Positions 22,083 to 34,174 of a stretch of DNA of 41,307 nt are shown here, piece by piece. Made by a program: the position numbers and the translations under genes. The notes beneath the pieces are model-generated. The model was given only the letters and a program-made list of their open reading frames with translations, searched no databases and was not told the origin of the DNA. Position 1 is the first letter of the stretch, and each line of letters begins with the position of its first letter. Source of the stretch: Chiloscyllium plagiosum (lineage: Eukaryota); the NCBI RefSeq assembly GCF_004010195.1, contig NC_057719.1, forward strand, positions 41,348,522-41,389,828, written 5' to 3'.

Positions 22083-24537
22083 CTGACATATTTCTCAACC
22101 CATTCTCCTCTCTTTTCCCTATAACTTTGAATCCCCCCCACTAATCTAGAACCTATCCATTTCTGTCTTAGAATCACACAATGACTTAGCCTCCACAACC
22201 TTCTACACCCTCTGACTGAAGAAATTCCTCGTAAACTCAGTTCTAAACAGTTGTCCCTTCACTCTGATGCTGTGTCCTCAGTCCTAGTCTCTTCAACTAG
22301 TGGAAGCATCATCTCCATGTCTATTCTATCCAGACATATCCAGGTCTCTCAGTGGGCTCTAAGTTTCAATTAGATTCCCCCTCATCCTTCTAAACTTGAT
22401 TAAGTACACAGCGAGAGTTTTCAACCCCTCCTTATATGACAAGATCTTCATGAGTAGGATCACTCTTGAAACCTCCCCCCAACCATCTCCTCCCCTCCCT
22501 GCACCCCTCCCCCCTCCCCCCCCCCACCAACCCCCGCCAAGGACAGTACCTTTTTCCTTAAATACAGATTCCAGAACTGCTCACAATGTTTCAATCTGCT
22601 AATGAGCTCAATTGAGTGATATATTTTGGGTGGGACAATGAAAATAATTTGTCTGCTTCTTTTTGAATTATTACATAAGACCTTTTATGTCCGATGAGAT
22701 GATAGATTGGCCTTATTTAATGTCTCATTCAATAAAATGTTTACACTTCTAAAAATGTTTTGGTTACAGAACTTTGCAGTTTTTAAACTATTAGCTAAGT
22801 TGGTCTGACTGAAATGATTTTCACATTGATCTTTTACCTCTTGTCATGATGACAGATTGGAACCACAAAGTCCTTAACGCACATACTGAACTTTTTGAGA
22901 ATTCTGAAAGCTGTTTGGAGAAGAGAAACAAATGAGAAAAGTGAGGTAATTATGAAGAATATTGACAATTTCAAATGCTAGCCGGTATGATAAACAGCAC
23001 TATTCCAAAGACAATGATACTTTATTGTTCAGTAACTCAATGAAAAACAGGAAAAACAGCAACTGATGTACCCAGTGCACTGAATACACACAAACCATTT
23101 AGTGACAGGATCAGAGTTCAAGGGACACCTCCTCCCAGCAGCATTTTAAAAGCTTTTATAAATTAGCAAAAGGCCTGAAAAATGAGTGACACTGCCAACG
23201 AGGAATTCAATAGCAAGCACTTCAGCGTGATGAATGAGCATGTGACACAGCGTACAGAATCACAAGTCAGCCTTCCTCACAACAATATGCCTGTACTTTC
23301 GTGACTAGAGATTTATACAGCAACAGCGGCAAAACTGGTAATTAATGAAGCTCTTATGGCCTTTGTTAACACAACCAAGAAACACGAGGCAAAAGGGAGC
23401 CAGGGAGAGATTGAAGGGAAACTCTTTTTCAAAAAAGGATCAGGTAAGAACAATATTCCCAGGCAGTTGAGGCCATGTTGTTGATTTGATGAATATAGCT
23501 TTATCTGGAGAGATTGAGTGTCCTTCAAAAAGGAAAAAAGAAATGGCTCTGAGGCATAGCTTGAAGTATATTGGGGTAGAATTAAGATTAATGAAAAGTC
23601 CTGGGAGCATAGCTAGTGGTGTGATATGAGGAGAGTGATGAAAGCAAAACAGGAGCAGAATGCGAATTACTTGCTTTACCCATGGTCCCTTGTGGACAAC
23701 CCTAAGCTGTTGTTTTAGAAGCCAGTCATTTCATGTGGGCACTCACTAAACCCTGGGGAACCTCAATGTAGCAGAGAAAGAGAATAAAAATCACTTACTG
23801 GACCCAACATAATCTGTGATCCTCTATTTAAAAACTACAATACTGTCAAAAATGTTGATTAGTAATCTGCTAATTTCTAATTTTGAAGCATGGAGTAAAT
23901 TTGAAGGTTATTTTAAAAAATCTCAAATAGCTCAATGTTAGACTGCATGAAACAGGATTGGAAAAGTATATCATTACCTTGTAGCATATTAGCTTGTAAA
24001 TAGAAGTAAATAAAGTGTTAGAGTTTTGAAGAGATAATTTGCCAAATCTTTGGCAGACCTATCAAACGGCATTCCTGGATTTCTTAATTAGCCACGGACA
24101 TTAATCTTTCTAAGTTACAAGAAGATTATTGTAACACTTAATTAGTAAATAGTTTGGAGTTCTTGTGCATTCTTTACCCAAAATTTTCAGGAACTCCAAA
24201 CCCCCCTCAGCATCACAGTGTTCAGGATCTTAAAGTTCAAGCATGGTTTATGTATTCTGTCTTACTGACACCCAGCACAATACACTCTGTAAGTTTTGAA
24301 TGTAGACTTTCTGTTGAAATTCTTGTTTCAACATGTTTCTTCGTTTGCCTGAAGCTTCTGAGTCACTCTCAGCTATAGTTTCACAGGCTTGCTACCTAAA
24401 CAAACAAACAACGTGACAGTATTCGAAAGTAACATGAACAATAATGTGATATGCTGCTGAGATACTATGTTCTGTTCTGTGGCATTCTAATTATCAGCTA
24501 AACTGCAACATCACAATGAAACCTTGTTGAGGTTAGA

Positions 24538-24630
24538 AGTTAAAAATCACACAACACCAGGTTATAGTCCCAACAGGTTTATTTGGAAGCACGAGCTTTC
24601 GGAGCGCTGCTCCTTCATCAGGTGCTAGTG
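24538..24630 (-). mobile_element. Family B terminal-repeat unit (single arm)
   Basis: agttaaaaatcacacaacaccaggttatagtcc...ccttcatcaggtgct; same family as 19980-20145 and 37950-38070. Confidence 0.85.
24588..24626 (-). ncRNA. Minimal type I hammerhead ribozyme motif (family B)
   Basis: AGCAC CTGATGA A GGAGC agc GCTCC GAAA GC TC GTGCT: 5-bp stem I, full core, 5-bp stem II, loopless palindromic stem III (AGCT), CUC triplet. Confidence 0.85.
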
Positions 24631-25509
24631 GGGTTAAGGAGAGCTGCCATAAAGCAAACAATATCTTCCTAAGTCACTAATTCTGGTGGAAAATTCAAAA
24701 TATTTTTATGATTATTGGCCTAAAATGGTTCTTTTATTCTGAACAGGGTTTGCCTGTAGCTATTTGACTGTGTAAGGATGCATCATAGCAATGTTCAGCT
24801 TTTATATTGTAGTTATTTTGCAAGAAATTAAGAGTCTACCTTAAAATTAGTTCTGGTTAATCCTGCCATAGAGGGCTGAATCTTAGGTTTTTTTTGGTTA
24901 AGGCTGAATTGCTTTGAATTTTTTGGAGGGTTTTTTGCCAAGAGGCCTAGCAAGTTGTCACACCCACCATCTTACCGAACTCACCATGCTAACATTCCAC
25001 TAAGCTCCGATGGTGTCTCTCGTGTGATTTATACCCCATCTTACCACATGTTGTTCCCACAACATCTCACTACTCAATAGATATCCAATGAAATACTGGC
25101 ATCATTTGTATGCATATTATCTTTAAAAGACCACCATGCATCTGGGCAAGCATTGACTGTCAGCAGCATTGTCACAGCAGAGCAACAACAATCGCACTGC
25201 CCACAGCACATAGCCACATAGCTGATACGATTCATACACACAAATCCATTGTCTTACTCAAATCTCTATTTAACCACCAGGCTGCACACTTTACCTGTTC
25301 ATAGCTATCCTGCCGAACACCCTCTAAGTCAGCACTATCCTGCCCCCAATGCTCGCTAGAGACCCGTATTGTCCAGTAGGGAATTATCACATACAGTTAA
25401 GCAAGAGACAATTGCAAATAAAAATGAGTTTTTATTCAAAAAATGGAAAATGGAATAGAAATAAAGCCAATGAACTGTGCCCCCACAATGTCAACCAGAT
25501 TTCAGTGTC

Positions 25510-26480
25510 TTGATCAAAAGAAGCTCTGGTCAATGATTATCTGCGGCACCCAGCTGCCTTCTATTGGAGAGGGACTCAATGAGGTTCGGTCTGGTGTGTC
25601 GCACCCAACAAAGCTGAGCTCTGTCATGGACAACATCAGGGTCCTGAATCTCAATGTCCTCAAATGACTGCTCCAGTTCCCTCAGCACCTCTGCATCCAG
25701 GACATTATCTCATTGTCTCTTCCAGTTGTGCAGAATGTAGCACGCCAGAATGATGCAGTACACTCCATCCAGACTGTCCTGGAGACCCTCAGCCTGGTCC
25801 AAGCAGGAGCTTGTACCTTCAGTCATCCTATATTTTTCTCCTTTATTGCCATGATCGAGTCACAGGCTGCATCGTATCTGTGCTCTGTATCAGATTGTGG
25901 AATAGTCAATGGTGTCATGATCTCTCAGTAACCAGCTTTGAAAGGCACCTGAACCCTCAAACACAAATGGGAGTCAAGGCAGTTGTCAGGATAGCAGGCA
26001 TACACCTCCAGGAAGTGATAACAGTGATAATAGATCACCTACACATTAATAGAGAAGAACCCTTCCTGTTGATGAATTGTGCAGCCTGATGGTACAGCCC
26101 TGTTAGTGCCATGTGGGCGTAGATGAATGCACCACGTACCATCACAGAAGCTAGCTATGTTTCTCAGTCCGACTGCCCAGGTTGCAGCACTGAACTTGGG
26201 AAATGAAATGACCTGTGCGATATTGCACAGATGGCATCAGTCACTGTCCTGATGTGTTTTTGGGAGCATGGCTGAGAGGTCCTGCACAGGTCACCTGTTC
26301 CCCCCCCCCACCGGAAGGAGCTGGCACATAGCAGTGACCTTTACAGCCACAAGGACAGGATGGTCTTCCACTTCTGCAGCTCTCAGGTCCCACTGCAATA
26401 TCCAGCACAGTCATGTCAGTACCCCTGTTGGCACTGTGCCTCGCTTATGGCCAGGAAATGGCATCAGGGTGCACCTCACA
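25510..26480 (-). pseudogene. PIF/Harbinger (HARBI1-like) DDE transposase remnant
   Basis: Minus-strand pieces in the expected order: FLAISEAQC, VAVKVTA, TGDLC, KHIRTVTDAI, FINRKG..SINV, YACYPDNCLDS, MTPL..PQSDTEHRY, IILACYILHN; many stops and frameshifts. Confidence 0.85.
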
Positions 26481-26759
26481 CATCCGGAGAGGAAGTGGCC
26501 TCTCCCTGAGCTGGATGCTTCTTGTCCTCCAACATGGAGCCTACAGCAGCTCTTGGACACGCTGTCAGTCCTGCTCTTATGTAGGCAGCCACAGCTACCA
26601 ACATCACTTTCAGAGGAAGGGACCTGAATTGGGCACAGAAGAAGTAAAAGAGTTTGTTAGATCTCAGAACAATGGTGTACCCTGCAGATGAGGGCTGGGT
26701 ACAATTCACCATCAAGTGAGACATGCTGGAGCTGGGTGACAGGGGACACATCTGCATTG

Positions 26760-26983
26760 AGAGAAAGTGAGGGCTGCAGGTGCTGGAGATCAGAGCTGAA
26801 AATGTGTTGCTGGAAAAGCACAGCAGGTCAGGCAGTATCCAAGGAACAGGAGAATCGACGTTTCGGGCATAAGCCCTTCTTCGGGCATAAGCCCTGAAGA
26901 AGGGCTTATGCCCGAAACGTCGATTCTCCTGTTCCTTGGATGCTGCCTGACCTGCTGCGCTTTTCCAGCAACACATTTTCAGC
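26760..26983. mobile_element. Fold-back PLE terminal-repeat unit (family A)
   Basis: Arms gctgaaaatgtgttgctgg... / ...ccagcaacacattttcagc; + core CTGAAGAaGGGCttatGCCCGAAACGTC at 26894-26921; 14-bp TSD acacatctgcattg (26746-26759, 26984-26997). Confidence 0.92.
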
Positions 26984-27775
26984 ACACATCTGCATTGGAC
27001 ATGCACATGGCGCCTCAGTGTATATAGTTCACTTGTTAGTGAAACATGTTAGTGAAACACTAAATCTCACACTGCATTCCATGTAGACAACTATTAGGCT
27101 TCCATGAAAGATCAGGACTCGAACTTGTTAGCTCACACGGGAAGTGAAATGAGTAGTGGATTTACTTCAGTTGACTCTGGCCTTTTGTCTCATCATTGCT
27201 GCCAACTTATTGCTGAGGTGGCCAAGTTCAATTTGTAAGCACCAATAGCATGTAACAAATTCCTGTGACCAGTATCTCAGCCCTAAGCAGCCTCAGTCAG
27301 AATGCATGTGAAATGAACAATGCACTGAATTTAACTCTAGTGTAGCTGTGCTTTGCAAATGGCTGCTTCATCTTTTTGTTGTGACAAATTTGTGCTGTCC
27401 AGCAAATGTGGATCCTGTGCTTTTGGCCATCAAACTGACTCATCTTGGGCATTGCTTCAGACATTTTCTAGGAGCACTTCATTTCTAGAGAAGGAGAAGC
27501 GATGGCAAGGAACACAGCTTATGTTGGATATTGTCAGCACTGGGCTCCTCCTAGTCACCAGATGCATGTACCCTCCCACTCCCACAGCTAACATGTCCCC
27601 TGTTACCATACACTATTCCAACAGCCCATTTTGATCCGCTCCCCCCAGTGTAAAGAGCCACCACATTGAACTTCTCCCCATCCCCTGAGCTCTAGCATTA
27701 CACCTTACTGATGTCAATGCCCACCTTGTTCCTTATTGCTCCTTGCGGAGACCACTGTGGTGCTCACTGTCAGAT

Positions 27776-28137
27776 AGAATCACAGAATTCCTACAGTGTG
27801 GAAAACAGACCTTTTGGCCCAACAAATCCACACTGACTCTCTGAAAAGTATCTCAGCAAAACCCATTTCCCTACCCTATTACTCTACATTTACCTCTGAC
27901 TAATGCAACTAACCCACACATCTCTGAACACTATGGGCAATATAGCATGGCCAATTCACCTAACCTGCACATCTTTGTGATTGTGGGAGGAAACTGGAGC
28001 ACCCAGAAGAAACTCACGGTGACACGGGAAGGAGATTGTGCAAACTCCACATAGACAGTTGCCCGAGGCTGGAATCGAACCCGGGTCCCTCGTGCTATGA
28101 GGCAGCAGTGCTAACCACTGAGCCACCTTAGCCGCCC
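27776..28137 (-). mobile_element. HE1-type SINE, full length
   Basis: Reverse complement gggcggctaaggtggctcagtggttagcactgctgcctcatag...gggttcgattcc. Confidence 0.92.
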
Positions 28138-28929
28138 CAAAGTAAGAGAGAAAGTGAGCAGCCCTGAGATGCAGCCTGGTCCAATCCTTGAGTGGAATGC
28201 CAGTCTTTATGTGTAAAGTGTCCCTGCTGCAGTCTTCTCATGGTATTTGCCGACGTACAGGGCAGTGTAAGACTGAGCCTTGTGAACAGCCTGCTACTGT
28301 ATCAGAGCAGTGGCAGGATGATCTGACAGGTTGTCAAATGCTGAATGCCAACTTCTCTAGGTGAAAGGTATGTCTTGCTCAGCATTGAACATGGTGATTG
28401 CTCACAGCAAGTGATTTGCTGAATATCCCAGGTATCCACTGTGGTTTCATTGCCAACTTTTACTGATATCAGACTTCTATAAGATTCTGTTCGTAACCAG
28501 GTTTTGAACTTCTGAATCAACAGCCAGCCCTACTGCCACTATTACATGAGATGGCTTCTGATCTTTATAACCAGCTTTGAAAGTCCACTGTTAATTATGA
28601 AGCAGTCTGTTTCCTACACCACTGTGAGCTATATTACAGAACCATTTCCTGGAGCAAGTTCTCAGTCATCAGAACCGCAGAAAATGCAAATAGACTTGAA
28701 GGATATTTGCTGTCAATGAAGCAACATTATAAATGCCAGCTAGTGGCTTCCCTTTGTAATTATAATACAGATGTAAGTATTTAGGAACTTTTCCTGAATG
28801 CTTAAAGCTTCGCAGTCCTTTGTTGTAAAGGAATCAATTGTGAGCTGAATTTATGTGAAAGGTATTAAAAATAGAACAAGGCTGTCCACTGAATGGTTTG
28901 AAATTAGAAGATGATTACCATCTCATTCT

Positions 28930-29110
28930 GCAACCTGTGCCCCATTCCCCAACCTGGACCCCATCCCACAACCTGTATCGTAACCCCAACCTCGATCCTG
29001 TTCCCCAACTTTCACCCTGTCCCCCAACCTCCAGCCGTACTCCAACTTTCACCCTGCCCTACAATCTGCATCCTCTCCCCCAAACTGCACTGTCTCCCCC
29101 TGCTTGTACC
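28930..29110. repeat. Degenerate C-rich minisatellite (~18-19 bp unit)
   Basis: Recurring ccctgtcccccaacct / ccccaactttca-like units. Confidence 0.55.
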
Positions 29111-29797
29111 ACATGCCCCAATAGACACACTGACAGCCATGTTAGCAGCGTTATCACTGGATTTGTAATAATTTACATATACAGTGCAGCCTCCATTCTG
29201 CTGTTTATCCCTTTCATACAGACTATTGCATACCACTTGCCACTTGTCACCAACTCCAATATTGGTTTTGTGAGGTCTTAAATTTGCATTTTATTTAATT
29301 ACTGTTCTTTTCACCTTCCATTTGCTGCTGCACCTTGCTTTAACAGATACATGTTCGATAGGAACAACCTACAACTTCCTGCATTCCTTGCAGCTAGCAT
29401 GCAAAGTGCTCCATCTGCTGTGTGTCATATTATTTTAACAGCTTTTTTTTTCTTTATTACTTAGATTCTACAAGCAATTTTACATTTTGAAAAACATTCA
29501 AGCCTAATAAAATGCTGTACATCATTACTTAAACACACAAAGAAAGCGCATGAGTTATCTAAGACTGGAATATGGATCATAGATCAGAATGATTTGTTTT
29601 TACAGTGCAATGTGTGGAGAGCGGTATTAGTGATCAGGGCTGAAGGCAGCTATTTGTGGATGGGACAAGGGAACACAGCAGTTTTTAATTTCTTCATGGA
29701 ATGTGACCATCATGGGTCAGGCCCGCTTTTATTGCCTATCCCTAATCGCCCTTGAGAAGGTGGTGTTGAACTCTGGTGTTCAGTTCTTTTGTGTTTT

Positions 29798-30163
29798 GTG
29801 GCACGGTTGCACAGTGATTAGCACTGCTGCCTCATAGCAGCAGGGACCCAGGTTCAATTCCCCCCTTAGGCATGGAATCGAAGCCATCTGTGTGGACTTT
29901 GCACATTCTCCCTGTGTCTGCATGGGTTCCCTCTGGGTGCTACAGTTTCCTCCCACAGACCACAGATGGGCAGGTTAGGTGGATTGGCCATGTTAATTTG
30001 CTCATAGTGTCCAGGATGTGCAGGTAAAATGGAATAGCCATGGGAAATGTAGGGTTACAGGGATGAGGTAGGGAGTGTGGGTCTGAGTGGGATGCTGTTC
30101 GGATGGTCGGTATGGACTCGATGGGCCGAATGGCCTGCTTCCATACTATAAGGATTCTATGAT
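29798..30163 (+). mobile_element. HE1-type SINE
   Basis: gtggcacggttgcacagtgattagcactgctgcctc...ggttcaattcc...gattctatgat. Confidence 0.9.
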
Positions 30164-30360
30164 TTGGACCAAGGCTGTGATGATGTCAGGTGCTGAGTGA
30201 CCCTGGAAGAAGCAAGACTGAATATCAGTGAGCAGTTTATTCCTTTGTAAGTCACTTTACAGCACTGTCAATGGTCCCTTCTGCTGTTTGATTGATGATT
30301 GAGAGGTGACTGATCAGGCAGCAGGCTGTATCTGGTCAATTTCTTACACTGTCAGGTTGA

Positions 30361-32662
30361 TTTTTTTTTATTTCAAAAATATACTTTATTCATAAAATTA
30401 TTTTGATATCTATACAATTGGTCATGCCATTCTTATTATATTTCTTTACATACAGAGATCGGAATTAATCATTCGTATATACAAGTCTGTACATTGACCA
30501 TCCAGATATTCTGCCGAGGCATCAGCAGGGCCCAATTTCTGAGTGGACCCCCTGTTCTTCTTAGGCAGGCAGATGTTACACGGTGGTCTTTCCCCACCAC
30601 GCCTTGGCGGCAGCTGCCCCAAGCTTCAGCGCATCCCTCAACACGTAGTCCTGGACCTTGGAATGTGCCAGTCTGCAACACTCAGTCGGGGTCAACTCCT
30701 TCAGCTGGAAGATCAGCACATTTCGGACCACCCAGAGAGCGTCCTTCACCGAGTTGATGATCCTCCAGGCACAGTTGATGTTCGTCTCGGTGTGCGTCCC
30801 GGGGAACAGGCCATAGAGCACAGAGTCCCATGTCACGGAGCTGCTCGGAACGAATCTCAACAAACACCACTGCATTCCTCTCCAGACTTCCTTTGAATAG
30901 GCACATTCCAGAAGGAGATGTGTGACAGTCTCGTCCCCCCCCGCAGCCGCTTCGAGGGCAGCGTGCAGTGCGGCAAAGAGTCCGGGCGTGCATAAAGGAT
31001 CTCACAGGCAGAGCCCTTCTCACCACCAGCCAAGCCATGTCTTGGTGCTTGTTGGAAAGTTCTGGCGATGAGGCATTCTGCCAAATGGCTTTGACAGTCT
31101 GCTCAGGGAACCACTCAACAGGATCCACCCTCTGCTTTTCCCAATGGGTCTCAAGGACACTAGGTGCTGACCACTTCCTGATGGAATTGTGGCCAAAGTT
31201 GGTTTCCTTCATAAATTTCTTCACGAAGGACAGGTAATACAGAATGGTCCAATTACTTGGAGCGTTCCATTGCAGCGGGGCCAGGCCCATCCTTTGCAAC
31301 ACCGGGGACAGGTAGAACCTCAGTACATAGTGACAGTACGTATGCATACCGGGGATCCACGTACAGCTTGATGCAGCCACACACAAAGGTGGCCATCAAG
31401 GTGAGGGTGTTTTATCCCCTCCTTGCCCAGATCTTCATACAGTGAGTCCCTTCGGACCTAGTCCATCTTTGATCTCCACATAAAGTGGAAGATGTCCCGG
31501 ATGACTGCAACGGCACAGGTTCTGGGAATAGGCCAGACCTGTGCCACATGTAACAGCAATGACAGGGCCTCACACCTGATGACCAGGTTTTTACCCGCGA
31601 TGGAGAGCGATCGTTGCTTCCATCTGCCCAGTTTCTGCCTCACTTTGCTGATACACTCCTCCCAAGACTTGGCGTACCCCCAGCCCCTCCGAACCAAATA
31701 CCCAGCACCTTCAGGTGGTCGGTCCTGACGGTGAAGAGGATCGCGGATTGGTTGGCCCAGTTCCGAAGAGCATGGCCTCGCTCTTGCCTCGGTTTACCTT
31801 GGCCCCCGAGGCCCGTTCGAATGGTCACATATGCACATGAGTCTGCGCACCGACAGCGGATCCGAGCAGAAAACAGCGACGTCATCCATGGACAGGGAGG
31901 CCTTGACCGGCAGGCCCCTGCTGCCAGGAATAGTCGCCCCTCTCAGGCTCACATCCTTCCTGATGGACTCGGCAAATGGCTCCATGGAGCACACAAACAA
32001 GGCAGGGGAGAGAGGGCAGCCCTGCCTGACTCCAGATCTGACTGGGAAGCTATCTGATTCCCACCCATTGATTGAGACTGCACTGACAATGTTGGTGTAG
32101 AGCAGTCTGATCCAATTGCAGAATCCCTCCCCAAAGCCCATTTTGGAGAGAACATCTCTCATATACCTGTGTGATATCCTGTCAAAGGCTTTCTCCTGGT
32201 CCAGGCTGATCAGGCAGATGTCCAACCCTCTGTCCTGCACGTAGGCGATCGTATCCCTGAGGAGTGCGAGACTCTCAGCGATCTTCCTGCCCGGCACAGC
32301 ACAGGATTGGTCAGGGTGAATCACTGACCCCAGAGCAGACCTGACCCGGTTGGCGATAACCTTNNNNNNNNNNNNNNNNNNNNNNNNNNNNNNNNNNNNN
32401 NNNNNNNNNNNNNNNNNNNNNNNNNNNNNNNNNNNNNNNNNNNNCTTGGTCAGCTCATCCAGAGATAGCGGCTGGTCCGGCCTCTCCCGTGTTCTGTCGT
32501 CTAAGACCTCCGTGATAGAGGACAGGAACGACTGGGAGGCCGTGCTGTCGGTTGGCTTCGAGTCATACAGACTGGCATAGAAGGATTTACTGATCCTCAT
32601 GACGTCAGCCTGAGATGACATTATTGAGCCATCTTCTTCCTTCAGGCTGCTGAGCATGGAGC
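30361..32662 (-). mobile_element. L1/Tx1-clade LINE, 5'-truncated (RT, zf-RVT, poly-A)
   Basis: ISLDQEKAFDRISH, GVRQGCPLSPALF, SMDDV, LKVLGIWFG, LGRWKQRSLSIAGKNLVI, C.RSGCGG; AATAAA (tttatt near 30385) and T-run at 30361; frameshifts. Confidence 0.93.
32364..32444. other. Assembly gap (N run)
   Basis: 81 consecutive N. Confidence 1.
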
Positions 32663-33133
32663 TGATGCCAGCATTGTAAGTAGACAGGAGCAGTTTGGCT
32701 TGAGGTCTGGCTAATTCTGGAGCACAGGTCTTCAGTTCTATTTCACTGTACTATAATATTGCCAGGAGAAATGGAACTGAACTAGAAAACAGCAGTCAAG
32801 TGTTCGATTTCATTTGCACCTCCTCAAGTAATACAGCAGCTGAAATGTGCAAATTGCCAGGCTAGGGCAATAAACAGGCTTGGACTAGTAAGGAGCAAAA
32901 AATATTTGCATCACACAAGTTCCAAACAATGAGCATTTCCAATGTGAGAGAATCTAAAAATCTCCCATTGACATTCAACATTACCTCATATCATTGAGCC
33001 TCCCATCAATGTGTAGGTTTATCATTGACCTGAAACATTACAGAATCAGTCATATGAATAATGTGGTTATCTGAGCAGCTTAGAGATTGATAATTCTATG
33101 GCAAAAGAGAAACTCACCTCTACCTCTTCAAAG

Positions 33134-33394
33134 TCGGATTTTGGTTCTATAGGTAGGCACTGAGGAAGGAGATGTGGCTGTGGTGGTGAAACTGCTTCAA
33201 GGTGTGGCTGAAGAGCTTCAGGGCAGAGGAGGTGACCTGGGGAGTGCAGTGAGAGAGAGATTCACTGGGACCCTTGTAGAGAGAATCTCATCTACACCGA
33301 AATTCCTGATGAAGGGCTTATGCCCAAAATGTTGTTTCCCCTGCTCCTCGGATGCTGCCTGACCAGCTGCGCTTTTCCAGCACCACACTCTCAA
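33134..33394. mobile_element. PLE unit: inverted ORF-start segment joined to terminal repeat
   Basis: Minus SLSHCTPQVTSSALKLFSHTLKQFHHHSHISFLSA; plus CTGATGAaGGGCttatGCCCAAAA; 16-bp TSD ctctacctcttcaaag (33118-33133, 33395-33410). Confidence 0.8.
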
Positions 33395-33463
33395 CTCTAC
33401 CTCTTCAAAGCTTTCTCACAATCTCCAAGATAAAGTCAGGATTATAATGGAATATATCCATTT

Positions 33464-33770
33464 GGGCGGCATGGTGGCACAGTGGTTAGCACTGCTGCCT
33501 CACAGCACCAGAGACCCGGGTTCAATTCCCGCCTCAGGCGACTGACTGTGTGGAGTTTGCATGTTCTCCCCGTGTCTGCGTGGGTTTCCTCCGGGTGCTC
33601 TGGTTTCCTCCCACAGTCCAAAGATGTGCAGGTCAGGTGAATTGGCCATGCTAAATTGCCCGTAGTGTTAGGTAAGGGGTAAATGTAGGGGTATGGGTGG
33701 GTTGCGCTTCGGCGGGGCGGTGTGGACTTGTTGGGCTGAAGGGCCTGTTTCCACACTGTAAGTAATCTAA
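33464..33770 (+). mobile_element. HE1-type SINE, full length, relatively young
   Basis: A box tggcacagtgg, B box ggttcaattcc, retained CpGs, taatctaat tail. Confidence 0.95.
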
Positions 33771-34174
33771 TATCCCACTTTCTTGAATGAGTGCAGCTCT
33801 AACTATTCTCAAGCACCTCAGCAGTATCCAGGACAAACAGATCAATACCACAGATCAATACAAGGCAAACCACTTAATTGGCACTCCAGACCATCAGTGG
33901 GTACTGTCAAGAAATCACACTGAAGGAACTCAACAAGGTTCCTTTTGCAGCATCCTCCACCAGGTAGAAGCACAAAGACATAGAAAAAAATGATCACCCA
34001 TATGCTCCCCTCCAAGTAATATACTATCCTGACTTGGAACTATATTAGTGTTACTTCACTGCCACTGGATGAAATTGAAGAACCCCCTTCCTAAAAATGC
34101 TGTGGGTACACTTAGACCACATGGACTGCAGTATTTCAATGTAATCCTTCACAATAATTGGGTACATGGGACAG

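Larger units (their letters stand above)
20925..22600 (-). mobile_element. CR1 3' portion hosting nested insertions
   Basis: Tail taagaccataagatataggagcagaattag at 20925; resumes ~21760 and 22098-22600 (ctgaagaaattcctc..., agattcccccctcatccttctaaac). Confidence 0.7.
29683..32740 (-). mobile_element. CR1/L2-group LINE fragment split by SINE and Tx1 insertions
   Basis: Tail tttattgcctatccctaatcgcccttgagaaggtggtg at ~29728; pieces at 30165-30360 and 32663-32740. Confidence 0.65.
32800..34140 (+). mobile_element. Old CR1/L2-group LINE fragment hosting PLE and SINE
   Basis: gagaatctaaaaatctcccattgacattcaa..., atcctgacttggaactatatt; same family as 911-1920. Confidence 0.7.

Noticed and set aside
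25510..26480. Domesticated HARBI1 gene
   Set aside because: Many stops and frameshifts and degraded catalytic motifs; this is a transposon fossil
28898..29281. 127-aa proline-rich ORF
   Set aside because: Translation of a C-rich degenerate minisatellite
30469..32657. Active retrotransposon or host gene in the GC-rich ORF cluster
   Set aside because: 5'-truncated, frameshifted Tx1 LINE; plus-strand ORFs are antisense shadows
33464..33540. tRNA genes at SINE heads
   Set aside because: The A and B boxes belong to HE1-type SINE heads followed by SINE body and LINE-like tail
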